Assembly: GCA_034667685.1 (NCBI GenBank)
Contig: JAXDQU010000070.1
Coordinates: forward strand, 1 to 28,082
DNA: 28,082 nt
Direction of reading: 5' to 3'
From: Thermoplasmata archaeon
GTDB taxonomy: Archaea; Thermoplasmatota; SW-10-69-26; JACQPN01; JAJPHT01
Shown: piece by piece, positions 14,179 to 22,659 of the stretch
Layout: each line of letters opens with the position of its first letter
Position numbering within the stretch: the first letter of the stretch is position 1
Made by a program: the position numbers and the translations under genes
The notes under the pieces: generated by a model
Databases searched by the model: none
The model's input: only the letters and a program-made list of their open reading frames with translations
Told to the model about the DNA's origin: nothing

Positions 14179-16179
14179 ATGAAACAAGAGACGCTTCCCC
14201 CCGTGGACGAGTGGATCCAGCGCGAGGAGTTTTCGACCACGGCGGAGGTCGCGGTGCCGGAGAAGCTCATCGACCAGGTCATCGGCCAGGAAAGGGCCGT
14301 CGAAGTGATTCGCAAGGCCGCGGAGCAGCGCCGCCACGTGATGCTGATCGGCGACCCCGGCACGGGCAAGTCCATGCTCGCCCGCTCCATGACGGAGCTC
14401 CTTCCGCACGAAGAGCTCGAGGACACCATCGCCTACCCCAACCAGGAGGACCCGCACGCGCCCCGCATCCGCGTCGTCCCCGCGGGCAAGGGCAAGGAGA
14501 TCGTCCAGGCGCAGAAGGCCGAGGCGAACCGCAAGCAGGAGCGCAAGGCCACCTTGCAGCTTCTCCTGATGCTGGGCATCGGGCTCTTCGCGGTCCTGTT
14601 CTTCTTCCAGACGCGCGACCCCATGATCCTCATCTTCGGCATCATCGCCGCGGCCATGCTGTTCATGGTCATGCGCCAGATGAGCCAGCGCGAGGCCGCG
14701 CTCGTCCCCAAGCTCCTCGTCACGCACACGCAGAACGAGAAGCCCCCGTTCATCGACGCCACCGGCGCGCACGCGGGCTCGCTCCTGGGCGACGTCCGCC
14801 ACGATCCCTTCCAGAGCGGCGGCCTCGAGACGCCCGCCCACGAGCGCGTGGAGCCCGGCGCCATCCACAAGGCGCACAAGGGCGTCCTCTTCGTGGACGA
14901 GATCAACCTCCTGCGCATGGAGAGCCAGCAGGCGCTCCTCACCGCGATCCAAGAGAAGAAATTCCCGATCATGGGCCAGTCCGAGCGCAGCTCGGGCGCC
15001 ATGGTCAAGACCGAGCAGGTCCCCTGCGACTTCATCCTCGTCGCGGCCGGCAACATGGACGCGCTCAAGGGCCAGGAGGGCAACCCCTTCCACCCGGGCA
15101 TGCACCCCGCGCTCCGCTCGCGCATCCGCGGCTACGGCTACGAGATCTTCATGAACAACGACATGGAGGACTCGCAGGACAACCGCAAGAAGCTCATCCG
15201 CTTCGTCGCGCAGGAGGTCAAGCGCGACGGCAAGATCCCCCACTTCGAGCGCCAGGCCGTCGCCGAGATCCTCCGCGACGCGCAGCGCCGCGCCGGCCGC
15301 CGCGGCCGCCTGACCCTCCGCCTGCGTGAGCTGGGCGGTCTGGTCCGCGTGGCGGGCGACATCGCCGTCGAGGAGAAGGCGCCCGTCGTCACGACCGCGC
15401 ACGTCCTGCGCGCCAAGAGCATGGCCCGCAGCCTCGAGCAGCAGGTCGCCGACCAGTACATCGAGCGCCGCAAGGAGTACCGCCAGTTCCGCGTCACCGG
15501 CGGCGCCGTCGGCATGGTCAACGGCCTGGCCGTCATGGGCGGCGGCGAGGTCGGCGAGCCCAGCGGCATCGTTATGCCCATCGTGGCCGAGGTCACGCCC
15601 GCCTCCAACAAGGCCGAAGGCAAGATCATCGTCACCGGCAAGCTGGGCGAGATCGCCAAGGAAGCCGTGCAGAACATCTCGGCCGTCATCAAGAAGTACA
15701 CCGGCCAGAACCTGAACGACCACGACATCCACGTGCAGTTCATCGGCACCTACGAAGGCGTCGAGGGCGACAGCGCGAGCATCAGCATCGCGACCGCCGT
15801 CCTCAGCGCGCTCGAAGGCGTCGAGATCGACCAGAACGTCGCCATGACCGGCTCGCTCTCGGTGCGCGGCGAGGTGCTGCCCATCGGCGGCGCCACCCCC
15901 AAGATCGAGGCCGCCGCGCAGGTGGGCATCAAGAAGGTCATCGTCCCCAAGGCGAACCAGAACGACGTGCTCATCGAGGAGCGCTACCGCAGCATGGTCG
16001 AGATCGTCTACGTCGAGACGCTCGACGAGGTGCTCGAGCAGGTGCTGCTCACCAGCCCCAAGAAGAAGAGCCTCGTCGACAAGCTCGCCGCGATCCTGCC
16101 CGCGCGCATCAAGAGCCCCGTGCTCGAAGGCGCGGCCGCGGTCCCGCCCCCGCCGAACATCAGCGGCGGCGGCGCGTAG
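14179..16179 (+). CDS. lonB: Archaeal membrane-bound ATP-dependent Lon protease (LonB)
   Basis: Walker A GDPGTGKS, two TM helices inserted in the AAA+ module, LLGDVRHDPFQSGGL, Walker B LFVDEIN, catalytic GDSAS and GGATPKIEAA. Confidence 0.96.
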   Translation: MKQETLPPVDEWIQREEFSTTAEVAVPEKLIDQVIGQERAVEVIRKAAEQRRHVMLIGDPGTGKSMLARSMTELLPHEELEDTIAYPNQEDPHAPRIRVVPAGKGKEIVQAQKAEANRKQERKATLQLLLMLGIGLFAVLFFFQTRDPMILIFGIIAAAMLFMVMRQMSQREAALVPKLLVTHTQNEKPPFIDATGAHAGSLLGDVRHDPFQSGGLETPAHERVEPGAIHKAHKGVLFVDEINLLRMESQQALLTAIQEKKFPIMGQSERSSGAMVKTEQVPCDFILVAAGNMDALKGQEGNPFHPGMHPALRSRIRGYGYEIFMNNDMEDSQDNRKKLIRFVAQEVKRDGKIPHFERQAVAEILRDAQRRAGRRGRLTLRLRELGGLVRVAGDIAVEEKAPVVTTAHVLRAKSMARSLEQQVADQYIERRKEYRQFRVTGGAVGMVNGLAVMGGGEVGEPSGIVMPIVAEVTPASNKAEGKIIVTGKLGEIAKEAVQNISAVIKKYTGQNLNDHDIHVQFIGTYEGVEGDSASISIATAVLSALEGVEIDQNVAMTGSLSVRGEVLPIGGATPKIEAAAQVGIKKVIVPKANQNDVLIEERYRSMVEIVYVETLDEVLEQVLLTSPKKKSLVDKLAAILPARIKSPVLEGAAAVPPPPNISGGGA

Positions 16180-16290
16180 GCGCCACGCGAGGCAATATCC
16201 GGCTCGGCTTGGCCGGATACGCTTCCTCCTCCTGAAAGGAAGAGGGCGTCGCGAGCGAACCATTTTATCACACCCGTTCTTCTCCGCGCC

Positions 16291-17328
16291 GTGCGAGGTA
16301 ACGTCCCGCGCCGCGCCCTCCTGGTCGTGGCCCTGTCCTGCTTCCTCCTTCCCGCCGCATCCGCCACTGGCAACGATGACGCCGGGTGCGCATGCGACGC
16401 TGGGAACGATGCCGCCTCCGCGCTGGACACCTCTCTCTGGTCCTTCGCTGGCGGGTTGCATCCGGGCGATTCCGCGGATTGGTACCGCGTCGCCGTCCCG
16501 CAAGGACACGCCCTGGAGGTCGAATACGACGGAACGGGAGGCGTCGCGCTCTTCGTCGAGGGAGCGGACGGCGAATTCCACGGCGATAGCCTGGCGCCTT
16601 CGCCCAGCGGCAGCGCCCACGTGGTCGCCGGCGCGAACGGCAGCGCTCTGCTCGTGGGTGCCGTCGACTACTACCTGGATGGCGCCAGCGCGTCCTACTC
16701 CATCCAGGTGCGGGACCTCGGCCTCGCGCCCGACCTTCGCTTGGGCAACCTCGTCGTCTCGGCGCGCCCGCTGAGCGTCGGTCAAGTCCCCGGTGGCCGA
16801 GACGTTTCCATTGACGTTTCCAACGTGGGCTTCGCACCCGCCGCCTCCACGCTCACCATCACGGCATGGGCGGGCACGGTGGGCAAGCGGACGATCATGG
16901 ATCTGCCCCTCCTGCTTGCGCCCGGGGAGGCTAGGACCCTCCATGCCGTCTGGGATACCACAGGCGAGATCGGCGAAGCGAATCTCGTCGTCGAAGCTCC
17001 CGTCGTGGCAGACATGCGTCCAGACGACAACACCGAGCGGACGACATCCACGATCCTCGTGGGCGCGCCCGGCCTGGGCGTCGACATCGGGAATCCCGGC
17101 GTCTACTGCGCGCTTGCCGTCTACGAAATGGCGTGCGCGATGCTCGTGGCCCACGACGGCGCGCTGGAGGCCGAGGCGTGGGGCGGGGTGTGGGTGCCCG
17201 GTCCGGCCTACCTCGGAAGCTGGTTCACGATCCAAGCCGGAGCGGACATGCTGAGCGACCCTCCCTCGCCGATCGCGTGCGCCCGAGCCGGGCTGCTGCC
17301 CGGTGAGCAGCCCTGCGCCCTCGGATAG
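16291..17328 (+). CDS. Secreted protein with PPC-like (DWY) domain, CARDB-like domain and Cys-rich C-terminus
   Basis: Signal peptide, DAGNDA...DSADWYRV, and PDLRL...VSNVG...LAPGEARTL..VWDT...DDN (CARDB pattern). TTTTATCA ~25 nt upstream of the GTG. Confidence 0.7.
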   Translation: MRGNVPRRALLVVALSCFLLPAASATGNDDAGCACDAGNDAASALDTSLWSFAGGLHPGDSADWYRVAVPQGHALEVEYDGTGGVALFVEGADGEFHGDSLAPSPSGSAHVVAGANGSALLVGAVDYYLDGASASYSIQVRDLGLAPDLRLGNLVVSARPLSVGQVPGGRDVSIDVSNVGFAPAASTLTITAWAGTVGKRTIMDLPLLLAPGEARTLHAVWDTTGEIGEANLVVEAPVVADMRPDDNTERTTSTILVGAPGLGVDIGNPGVYCALAVYEMACAMLVAHDGALEAEAWGGVWVPGPAYLGSWFTIQAGADMLSDPPSPIACARAGLLPGEQPCALG

Positions 17329-17372
17329 AAGACCGAAACCCACAAGGCTCGACAGCAAGGATGTAGGGCTCC

Positions 17373-17918
17373 ATGACCGACCGCGGCCTCTTCCTGGGCC
17401 GATTCCAGCCGATGCACCTCGGGCACCTCGCGGTCCTCAAGCGCATCGCGGCGGAGCACGACGAGGTCCTGGTGGGCATCGGCAGCGCCAACGTCAGCCA
17501 CACGCCGACGAATCCATTCACGGGCGGCGAGCGCCTGGAGATGGTGCACGGCGCGCTGCGCGAGGCGAGGCTGGGCAACGTGCTGCCCGTGCCGATCCCG
17601 GACATCGGGCGCAACACGCTCTGGGTCTCGCACGTCGAGAGCCTCCTGCCGCGCTTCGGCGTCCTCTACACCAACAACCCGCTCCCCGCGCGCCTCTTCC
17701 GCGAGCGCGGCCACGAGGTCCGCCCCGCCCCGTTCCACGAGCGCGACGTCTACAGCGGCACGCGCATCCGCGACATCATGGCCTCCGGCAGCGACGAGTG
17801 GATGGACCTGCTCCCGCCCGCGGTCGTGCGCGTGCTGCGCGAGCGCGATGCGATCGCGAGGTTGCGCGAGCTGGCGCACCCGGATGGCGTCGTCGAGGGC
17901 TCCGATCCGAGCGTGTGA
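17373..17918 (+). CDS. nadM: Nicotinamide-nucleotide adenylyltransferase (archaeal NadM)
   Basis: GRFQPMHLGH (HxGH), IGSA, NPFTGGER, TNNPL and SGTRIR. Confidence 0.93.
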   Translation: MTDRGLFLGRFQPMHLGHLAVLKRIAAEHDEVLVGIGSANVSHTPTNPFTGGERLEMVHGALREARLGNVLPVPIPDIGRNTLWVSHVESLLPRFGVLYTNNPLPARLFRERGHEVRPAPFHERDVYSGTRIRDIMASGSDEWMDLLPPAVVRVLRERDAIARLRELAHPDGVVEGSDPSV

Positions 17919-17965
17919 GGCCGCGGTCCGTTCACACGCTGGCCGCCTCCGGCGGGGAAAGCGCG

Positions 17966-18030
17966 GAATCTCCGAATCACGGAATCTCCGAGTCGCTTGT
18001 CAATCCGGAGATTCCGTGATTCGGAGATTC
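17966..18030. repeat. Palindromic element with arms made of tandem octamers (GAATCWCS)
   Basis: Perfect 25-bp inverted repeat 17966-17990/18006-18030 with a 15-nt spacer. Arm reads GAATCTCC GAATCACG GAATCTCC G. Confidence 0.92.
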
Positions 18031-18124
18031 GGTCGCTTTTTCGCGCGGAGCGCGCCCAGGGGGTTCGGCCTTCGTGGGAGGCGGAGCCGCAACGCCTTTC
18101 CGCGCCCGTGACCGTCGCGGCGCG

Positions 18125-19015
18125 ATGCCCCGCGTCGTCGCCGTGATCCTCAACTGGAACGGCCGCGACAAGACGCGGGCGTGCGTCGAGTCGCTCCTGA
18201 AGTCCACCGCGCCGTGCGACGTGCTTGTGGTCGACAACGGCTCGACGGAGTGCGCTCCCCAGGACCTCGTGGCGGGCCTCGACGCGAAGCTCTTGGTGAA
18301 TCACGAGAACGAGCACTTCGCGCGCGGCATGAACCGCGGGCTCGACGCGGCGCTCGACGCGAAGGCCGACTTCGTCTGGGCGCTCAACAACGACGTCGTC
18401 GTGGAGCCCGGCGCGCTCGCGGCGCTGCTCGCGGCGATGGCGTCCGACCCGGCGTGCGCCATCGCCGCGCCGCTCGTCGTCGACGGCCGCACGGGGCGCC
18501 TCTCGAACGCCGGGGGGCGGCTCTCGCTCGCGCGCGCCCGCACGTGGCACCTGCACGAGGGGATCGACGCGCCGCCCGGGGCCGCGCCCTACCCGGCGGA
18601 TTACGTCGAGGGGAGCGCGCCGCTGCTGCGCGCGGACGACCTGCGCGCCCAGGCCGGCTTCGACCCGGCCTACGTCGCCTATTGGGAGGACGTGGACTGG
18701 TGCCTTACGGCGCGCTCGCGGGGCCGGCGCGCGCTCGTCGTGCCTGGGGCGCGCGTGCTCCACGACGTGTCGGGCTCCAGCGGCGTGCACTCGGCCTACG
18801 CGCTCTACCACCGCGCGCGGAACCGCTACCGCTGCGTCCGCAAGCACGGCACGCTCGCGCAGCGCGTCGCGGCGCCCGTCGCGACGCTGGCGGAGCTGCC
18901 GCTCGATTGCTATCACCTGCGGCGCGCCTCGGGCGGCTGGGCCGCGCCGCGGGCGTGGCTGCGCGGCACGATGCACGGCCTCGTCGGGATCAGCGGGCGC
19001 CGGCGCTGGGCGTGA
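18125..19015 (+). CDS. Glycosyltransferase family 2 (WbbL/rhamnosyltransferase-like)
   Basis: VILNWNG, VVDNGS, N..FARGMNRG, LNND, and GFDPAYVAYWEDVDWC. Confidence 0.9.
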   Translation: MPRVVAVILNWNGRDKTRACVESLLKSTAPCDVLVVDNGSTECAPQDLVAGLDAKLLVNHENEHFARGMNRGLDAALDAKADFVWALNNDVVVEPGALAALLAAMASDPACAIAAPLVVDGRTGRLSNAGGRLSLARARTWHLHEGIDAPPGAAPYPADYVEGSAPLLRADDLRAQAGFDPAYVAYWEDVDWCLTARSRGRRALVVPGARVLHDVSGSSGVHSAYALYHRARNRYRCVRKHGTLAQRVAAPVATLAELPLDCYHLRRASGGWAAPRAWLRGTMHGLVGISGRRRWA

Positions 19016-19961
19016 CGCGCCCCACGAGCACGCCCATCTGGTAGGGCACGAAGACGGTCCAGAGGACGCCAAGGCGGCGCCACCACGCGGGGCCGGGGCC
19101 GTAGGCGCGCAGGAAGCGCCATGCCAGGCGGCGGTGCACCGCGAGCGGCAGCGCGACGAGCGCGAGGGCCGGGAGGAGGAGGAACCACGGCGAGGCCCAG
19201 GCAAGGACGAGCCCCGCGAGGCTCATCGCGGCCATCAGGGGCGCCATCCAGCGCTCGCGGCGGGGGAAATACTCGGGGTGGCGGCGCTGGAGCGCGGAGC
19301 CCCCCTTGCCGTACTCGAAGTGCTGGCGCGTGAGGGCGCGCCACGTGTCGCGCCGCTTGTGGACGCATGGGTTGTCGATGCGCGCGAGGCGCCAGCCCGC
19401 CTTCGCGAGGCGCGCGTTGAGGTCCGGGTCCTCGGCGGTGTGGAGCGCGGCGTCGAAGAGGCCGGCCTGGAGGACGGCCTCGCGGGAGTAGACGCAGTTG
19501 ATCGTGTTGACGCCGTGGAAGCTCGCGGCCTCCATGGGCTCCATGACGTCGTCGACCGCGCGCTGGAACGGCGTGCCCCCGGGCGGGGCGTGCGAGGGGG
19601 CGCCCAGCGCGCCCAGGGGCGCGGCGTCCGCGACGCGCTCGCGCTCCCAGGCCGCGACGAAGCGCGCGAGCCAGTCGGGCGCCGCCACGCAGTCGCTGTC
19701 GATGAAGGCGATGAGGTCGCCGCGCGCGAGCTGGACGCAGCGCGAGCGGCCCTGGCCGCGGTTGCACGGCTCGCTCACCGCGACCACCGGGAACGGCGCG
19801 GTCTGCGCGAACGTCTCGACGGCTTCGAACGTGCCATCCGCGCTGCGGGCGTCGACGACGACCAGCTCGTCGGGGAGCGTCGTCTGCGCGGCGAGGGACC
19901 GGAGCAGCTCCTCCAGGTTGGAGCGATCGTTGCGGACGGTCACCGCGACGCTGACGCGCAC
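18990..19961 (-). CDS. Glycosyltransferase family 2 with C-terminal membrane segments
   Basis: VSVAVTVRN, VVVDARSADGT, AFIDSDC (DxD), GLFD...AEDPDL, and a hydrophobic C-terminus. Confidence 0.9.
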   Translation of the reverse strand: MRVSVAVTVRNDRSNLEELLRSLAAQTTLPDELVVVDARSADGTFEAVETFAQTAPFPVVAVSEPCNRGQGRSRCVQLARGDLIAFIDSDCVAAPDWLARFVAAWERERVADAAPLGALGAPSHAPPGGTPFQRAVDDVMEPMEAASFHGVNTINCVYSREAVLQAGLFDAALHTAEDPDLNARLAKAGWRLARIDNPCVHKRRDTWRALTRQHFEYGKGGSALQRRHPEYFPRRERWMAPLMAAMSLAGLVLAWASPWFLLLPALALVALPLAVHRRLAWRFLRAYGPGPAWWRRLGVLWTVFVPYQMGVLVGRVTPSAGAR

Positions 19962-19982
19962 GACCCTGCGAAGCCGGGAGCG

Positions 19983-21371
19983 CTATTGAACCCGACGCCT
20001 GCCCAGCGCCCGGCCCAGGGCCCGGGGTCCCTCGCGCAGCACGGCCGGCGAGAGGGGCCACGCGCCCGTCTCGCGCCGCACGAGGACCCAGAGCGCGACG
20101 GTGCCCGCGACGAAGGCGGTCGTGGTGGCGACGGCGGCGCCGGTGATGCCGAAGCGCTGGATGAGGAAGTAGTTGAGCGGGAGGTTGATGGCGACCTGCA
20201 TCGCGCCCACGAGGATGAGCTTGCCCGCCTTGTCGTGCACCATCAGCACGCTGGAGGCGGGGACGGCGAGCGCGCCGAAGATGCCGAAGATCGTGAGGAT
20301 CAGCAGGGCGGGGTAGCCCGCGAGGAACTCGGGGCGGTAGAAGCCGAGGATCGCGCGCCCCAGCACGAGGTAGCCCAGCGCGACGAGGAGCGAGAGCGCG
20401 AGCGCCAGGAGCGTGCCGCGCTGGTAGGCGAGCGCGGTGGACTCGCCCTTCCCGGCCAGGCGCGACATGACGGGCACGAGCGCCACGCCGATGGCGACGC
20501 TCGCGGTGACCATGATGAACGTGAGCGAGAACGCGGCCTGGTAGATGCCGGCCTGCTCCAGGTCGAGGAAGTGGCTGATCAGCAGCGTGTCGGTCCAGAT
20601 CAGCGAGCTGTTGAGGAGCGTCGCCAGCGCGATGCGCGAGCCGTGGCCCACGAGATATCGCGCGACGTCGCCGTCCCAGCGCAGCCGCCAGGGGGAGCGC
20701 CAGTAGAGCGCGAAGCCGACGCTCATGGCGAGCGTGCCGATGACGCTCGTGAAGACCGAGGTCGCGATGCCGTACGTGCCCGTGAGGATGAACGCGACGA
20801 CCGCGAGCAGGCTCACGGTGGGGCCCAGCGCGATGAGCACGTTGCGGAAGACCATCCGGTTCTCGGCCTCGAAGCGCGCGGCGCCGATCTCCTGGAAGAT
20901 GCCCGCGACGAGCACGAGGCTCGTGAGGATCACGGCCCACCAGGGGACCTTGAAGAAGGCGCCCAGGGGCACGGCGACGGAGGCGATGATGCCCACGAAG
21001 ATGCCCGTGCCGATGAGCTTCAGGACGAGGCTCGTGCCGAACACGCGCGCGGCGGGCTCGGCCGCAGCTTGCTGCGGCGCGGCCGAAGCCGGAGCTTCGG
21101 CCAAACCACGGTGGTAGGCGACGATGCTCGGGTTGTGCGTGAAGTTGGAGAGGCTGCGGCCGAACTCGCTGATGCCGAACGAGACGGCGAGGATGCCCAC
21201 GCCCACGGGTCCCAGCACGCGCGCGGTGAGGAAGCCGGCCAGGAAGCCCAGGAAGTTGCCCGCGAAGAGCCCCGCGAGGTTCGCGGCGCTGTTGAAGAAC
21301 ACGCTGGGGCCGGGCGTCTCCACCGCGACGGGCGCCGTGCTGGCGTGGTCAGGCGCGAAGGGCTCGTCCAT
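19983..21371 (-). CDS. Wzx/AglR-like oligosaccharide flippase (MOP superfamily)
   Basis: ~12-14 hydrophobic segments with ARVLGP..VG, TDTLLISHF...AGIYQAA, LVPVMSR and LNYFLIQRFGITGAAVAT. Confidence 0.9.
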   Translation of the reverse strand: MDEPFAPDHASTAPVAVETPGPSVFFNSAANLAGLFAGNFLGFLAGFLTARVLGPVGVGILAVSFGISEFGRSLSNFTHNPSIVAYHRGLAEAPASAAPQQAAAEPAARVFGTSLVLKLIGTGIFVGIIASVAVPLGAFFKVPWWAVILTSLVLVAGIFQEIGAARFEAENRMVFRNVLIALGPTVSLLAVVAFILTGTYGIATSVFTSVIGTLAMSVGFALYWRSPWRLRWDGDVARYLVGHGSRIALATLLNSSLIWTDTLLISHFLDLEQAGIYQAAFSLTFIMVTASVAIGVALVPVMSRLAGKGESTALAYQRGTLLALALSLLVALGYLVLGRAILGFYRPEFLAGYPALLILTIFGIFGALAVPASSVLMVHDKAGKLILVGAMQVAINLPLNYFLIQRFGITGAAVATTTAFVAGTVALWVLVRRETGAWPLSPAVLREGPRALGRALGRRRVQ

Positions 21372-22452
21372 ACGACGCCTCCAGCTCGTCCACGACGCGC
21401 GGCCAAAGATAGCCTTTCGCGCGCTCGCGTCCCGCGGCGCCCAGCCTCGCGCGCAGCGGCGCGTCCTCCAGCAGGAGCCGCAGCGCCTCGCGCAGCGCGT
21501 CGGGGTCGCGCGCCGGTGATATCACGCCCGCGTCGCCCACGACCTCGGGCATCCCCCCGGCGTCCGTCGCGACGACGGGCGCGCCCTGCGCCATCGCCTC
21601 GAGGAGCACGAGGCCGAACGCCTCGTAGTGGCTGGGCAGGACGAACACGTCGGCCGCGGCGTAGGCGTCGCGCGGGTCGGGCACGGGGCCCAGGAAGCGC
21701 ACGTTCGGGGGCGCGAGGCGCTCGGCGGCGGCCTTCGATCCGGCGTCTCGTCCGCAGATGGCGACCGTGGCGTCGAGCCCGCGCGCGGCGCGCACGAGGT
21801 CCAGGAGCCCCTTGTCGTGGGCGAGGCGCGCGAGGAAGACGACGAGCGGACCTTCGAGCCCGTGCGCCTTGCGGAAGCCCGCGCCGTCGCCCGGCGCGAG
21901 CGCGGCCTCGTCGATGCCGTTGGGCACGACGTCGACCCGCGCGGGGTCCACGCCGAGCTTGGCATAATGCATGATCTCGTGGCGCGTCACCGCGATGCAG
22001 CGCGTGGCGGCGGCGAGCGCGCGCTTCCCGCGCAGGGCGTCGTAGCGCCACTTGGCGAGGCCGGCGAGCGCGTTCTCGGCCGGGTAGAAGCCGTGCGCGG
22101 TGACGACGAGCGGGCGGCCCGTGGCGCGCGCGGCGGCGGCGCCCGCCTCGATCGTGGCGAAACGATAGCTGTGCGCGTGGTAGAGGTCGGGCTTCTGCGC
22201 GACGAGGAAGCCCACGAGTCCCTTCATCGGGAGCCAGGGGGGCCAGAGGTAGTCGCCCTTCCAGTGGCGCGCGGGGAAGCGGACGACGCGGTAGCCTTCG
22301 AGCGTCTCCTCGCGCGGCGCGCCTTCCGCGGCGCTGGTCGCCACGGTCACGTCGTGGCCGCGCCGCGCCTGCTCGCGGGCCAGCGCGCGCACGTGCGTCT
22401 CGGCGCCGCCCACGGCGGGGTGGAACCGCTGGACGACGTGGACGATGCGCAT
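21349..22452 (-). CDS. Glycosyltransferase family 4 (GT-B)
   Basis: MRIVHVVQRFHPAVGGAE, VVPNGID, RLAHDKG, and ADVFVLPSHYEAFGLVLLEAMA (EX7E). True start is ATG 22452, inside the longer called ORF. Confidence 0.92.
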   Translation of the reverse strand: MRIVHVVQRFHPAVGGAETHVRALAREQARRGHDVTVATSAAEGAPREETLEGYRVVRFPARHWKGDYLWPPWLPMKGLVGFLVAQKPDLYHAHSYRFATIEAGAAAARATGRPLVVTAHGFYPAENALAGLAKWRYDALRGKRALAAATRCIAVTRHEIMHYAKLGVDPARVDVVPNGIDEAALAPGDGAGFRKAHGLEGPLVVFLARLAHDKGLLDLVRAARGLDATVAICGRDAGSKAAAERLAPPNVRFLGPVPDPRDAYAAADVFVLPSHYEAFGLVLLEAMAQGAPVVATDAGGMPEVVGDAGVISPARDPDALREALRLLLEDAPLRARLGAAGRERAKGYLWPRVVDELEASYGRALRA

Positions 22453-22509
22453 CGGCGCGGCACTCGGCCCGCCGCACATGGCTCTTGCGGCGCTCGCTGG
22501 CTCCGCCGG

Positions 22510-22617
22510 CGCTCCGCGGCTCCGCATGCGGTGACGCGGTGAGCGCGGAGGACGCGGGGGAGAAAGGCTCCGCGACCTCCGCGTCCCCCGCCGCGCCGCA
22601 TGCGGAGCCGCGGAGCG
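22510..22617. repeat. 108-bp palindromic element with a core of tandem nonamers
   Basis: Perfect 22-bp inverted repeat 22510-22531/22596-22617 enclosing CGCGGTGAG CGCGGAGGA CGCGGGGGA ... CTCCGCGAC CTCCGCGTC CCCCGCCG. Lies between the divergent GT4 and rtcA genes. Confidence 0.88.
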
Positions 22618-22659
22618 GGACAAGCAAACGTCTTCCGCCGGGGTCCCGCTGCCGCGCAC

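Noticed and set aside
14179-16179. Intein in LonB (known in some archaeal Lon proteins)
   Set aside because: The 666-aa length and contiguous motifs leave no room, and there is no C...HN intein signature.
13924-17358. 1144-aa minus-strand ORF
   Set aside because: Antisense shadow of lonB and the CARDB gene, with no recognisable domain.
12974-18030. Repeat elements as CRISPR arrays
   Set aside because: They are inverted pairs of tandem short units, not direct repeats separated by unique spacers, and no cas genes are present.
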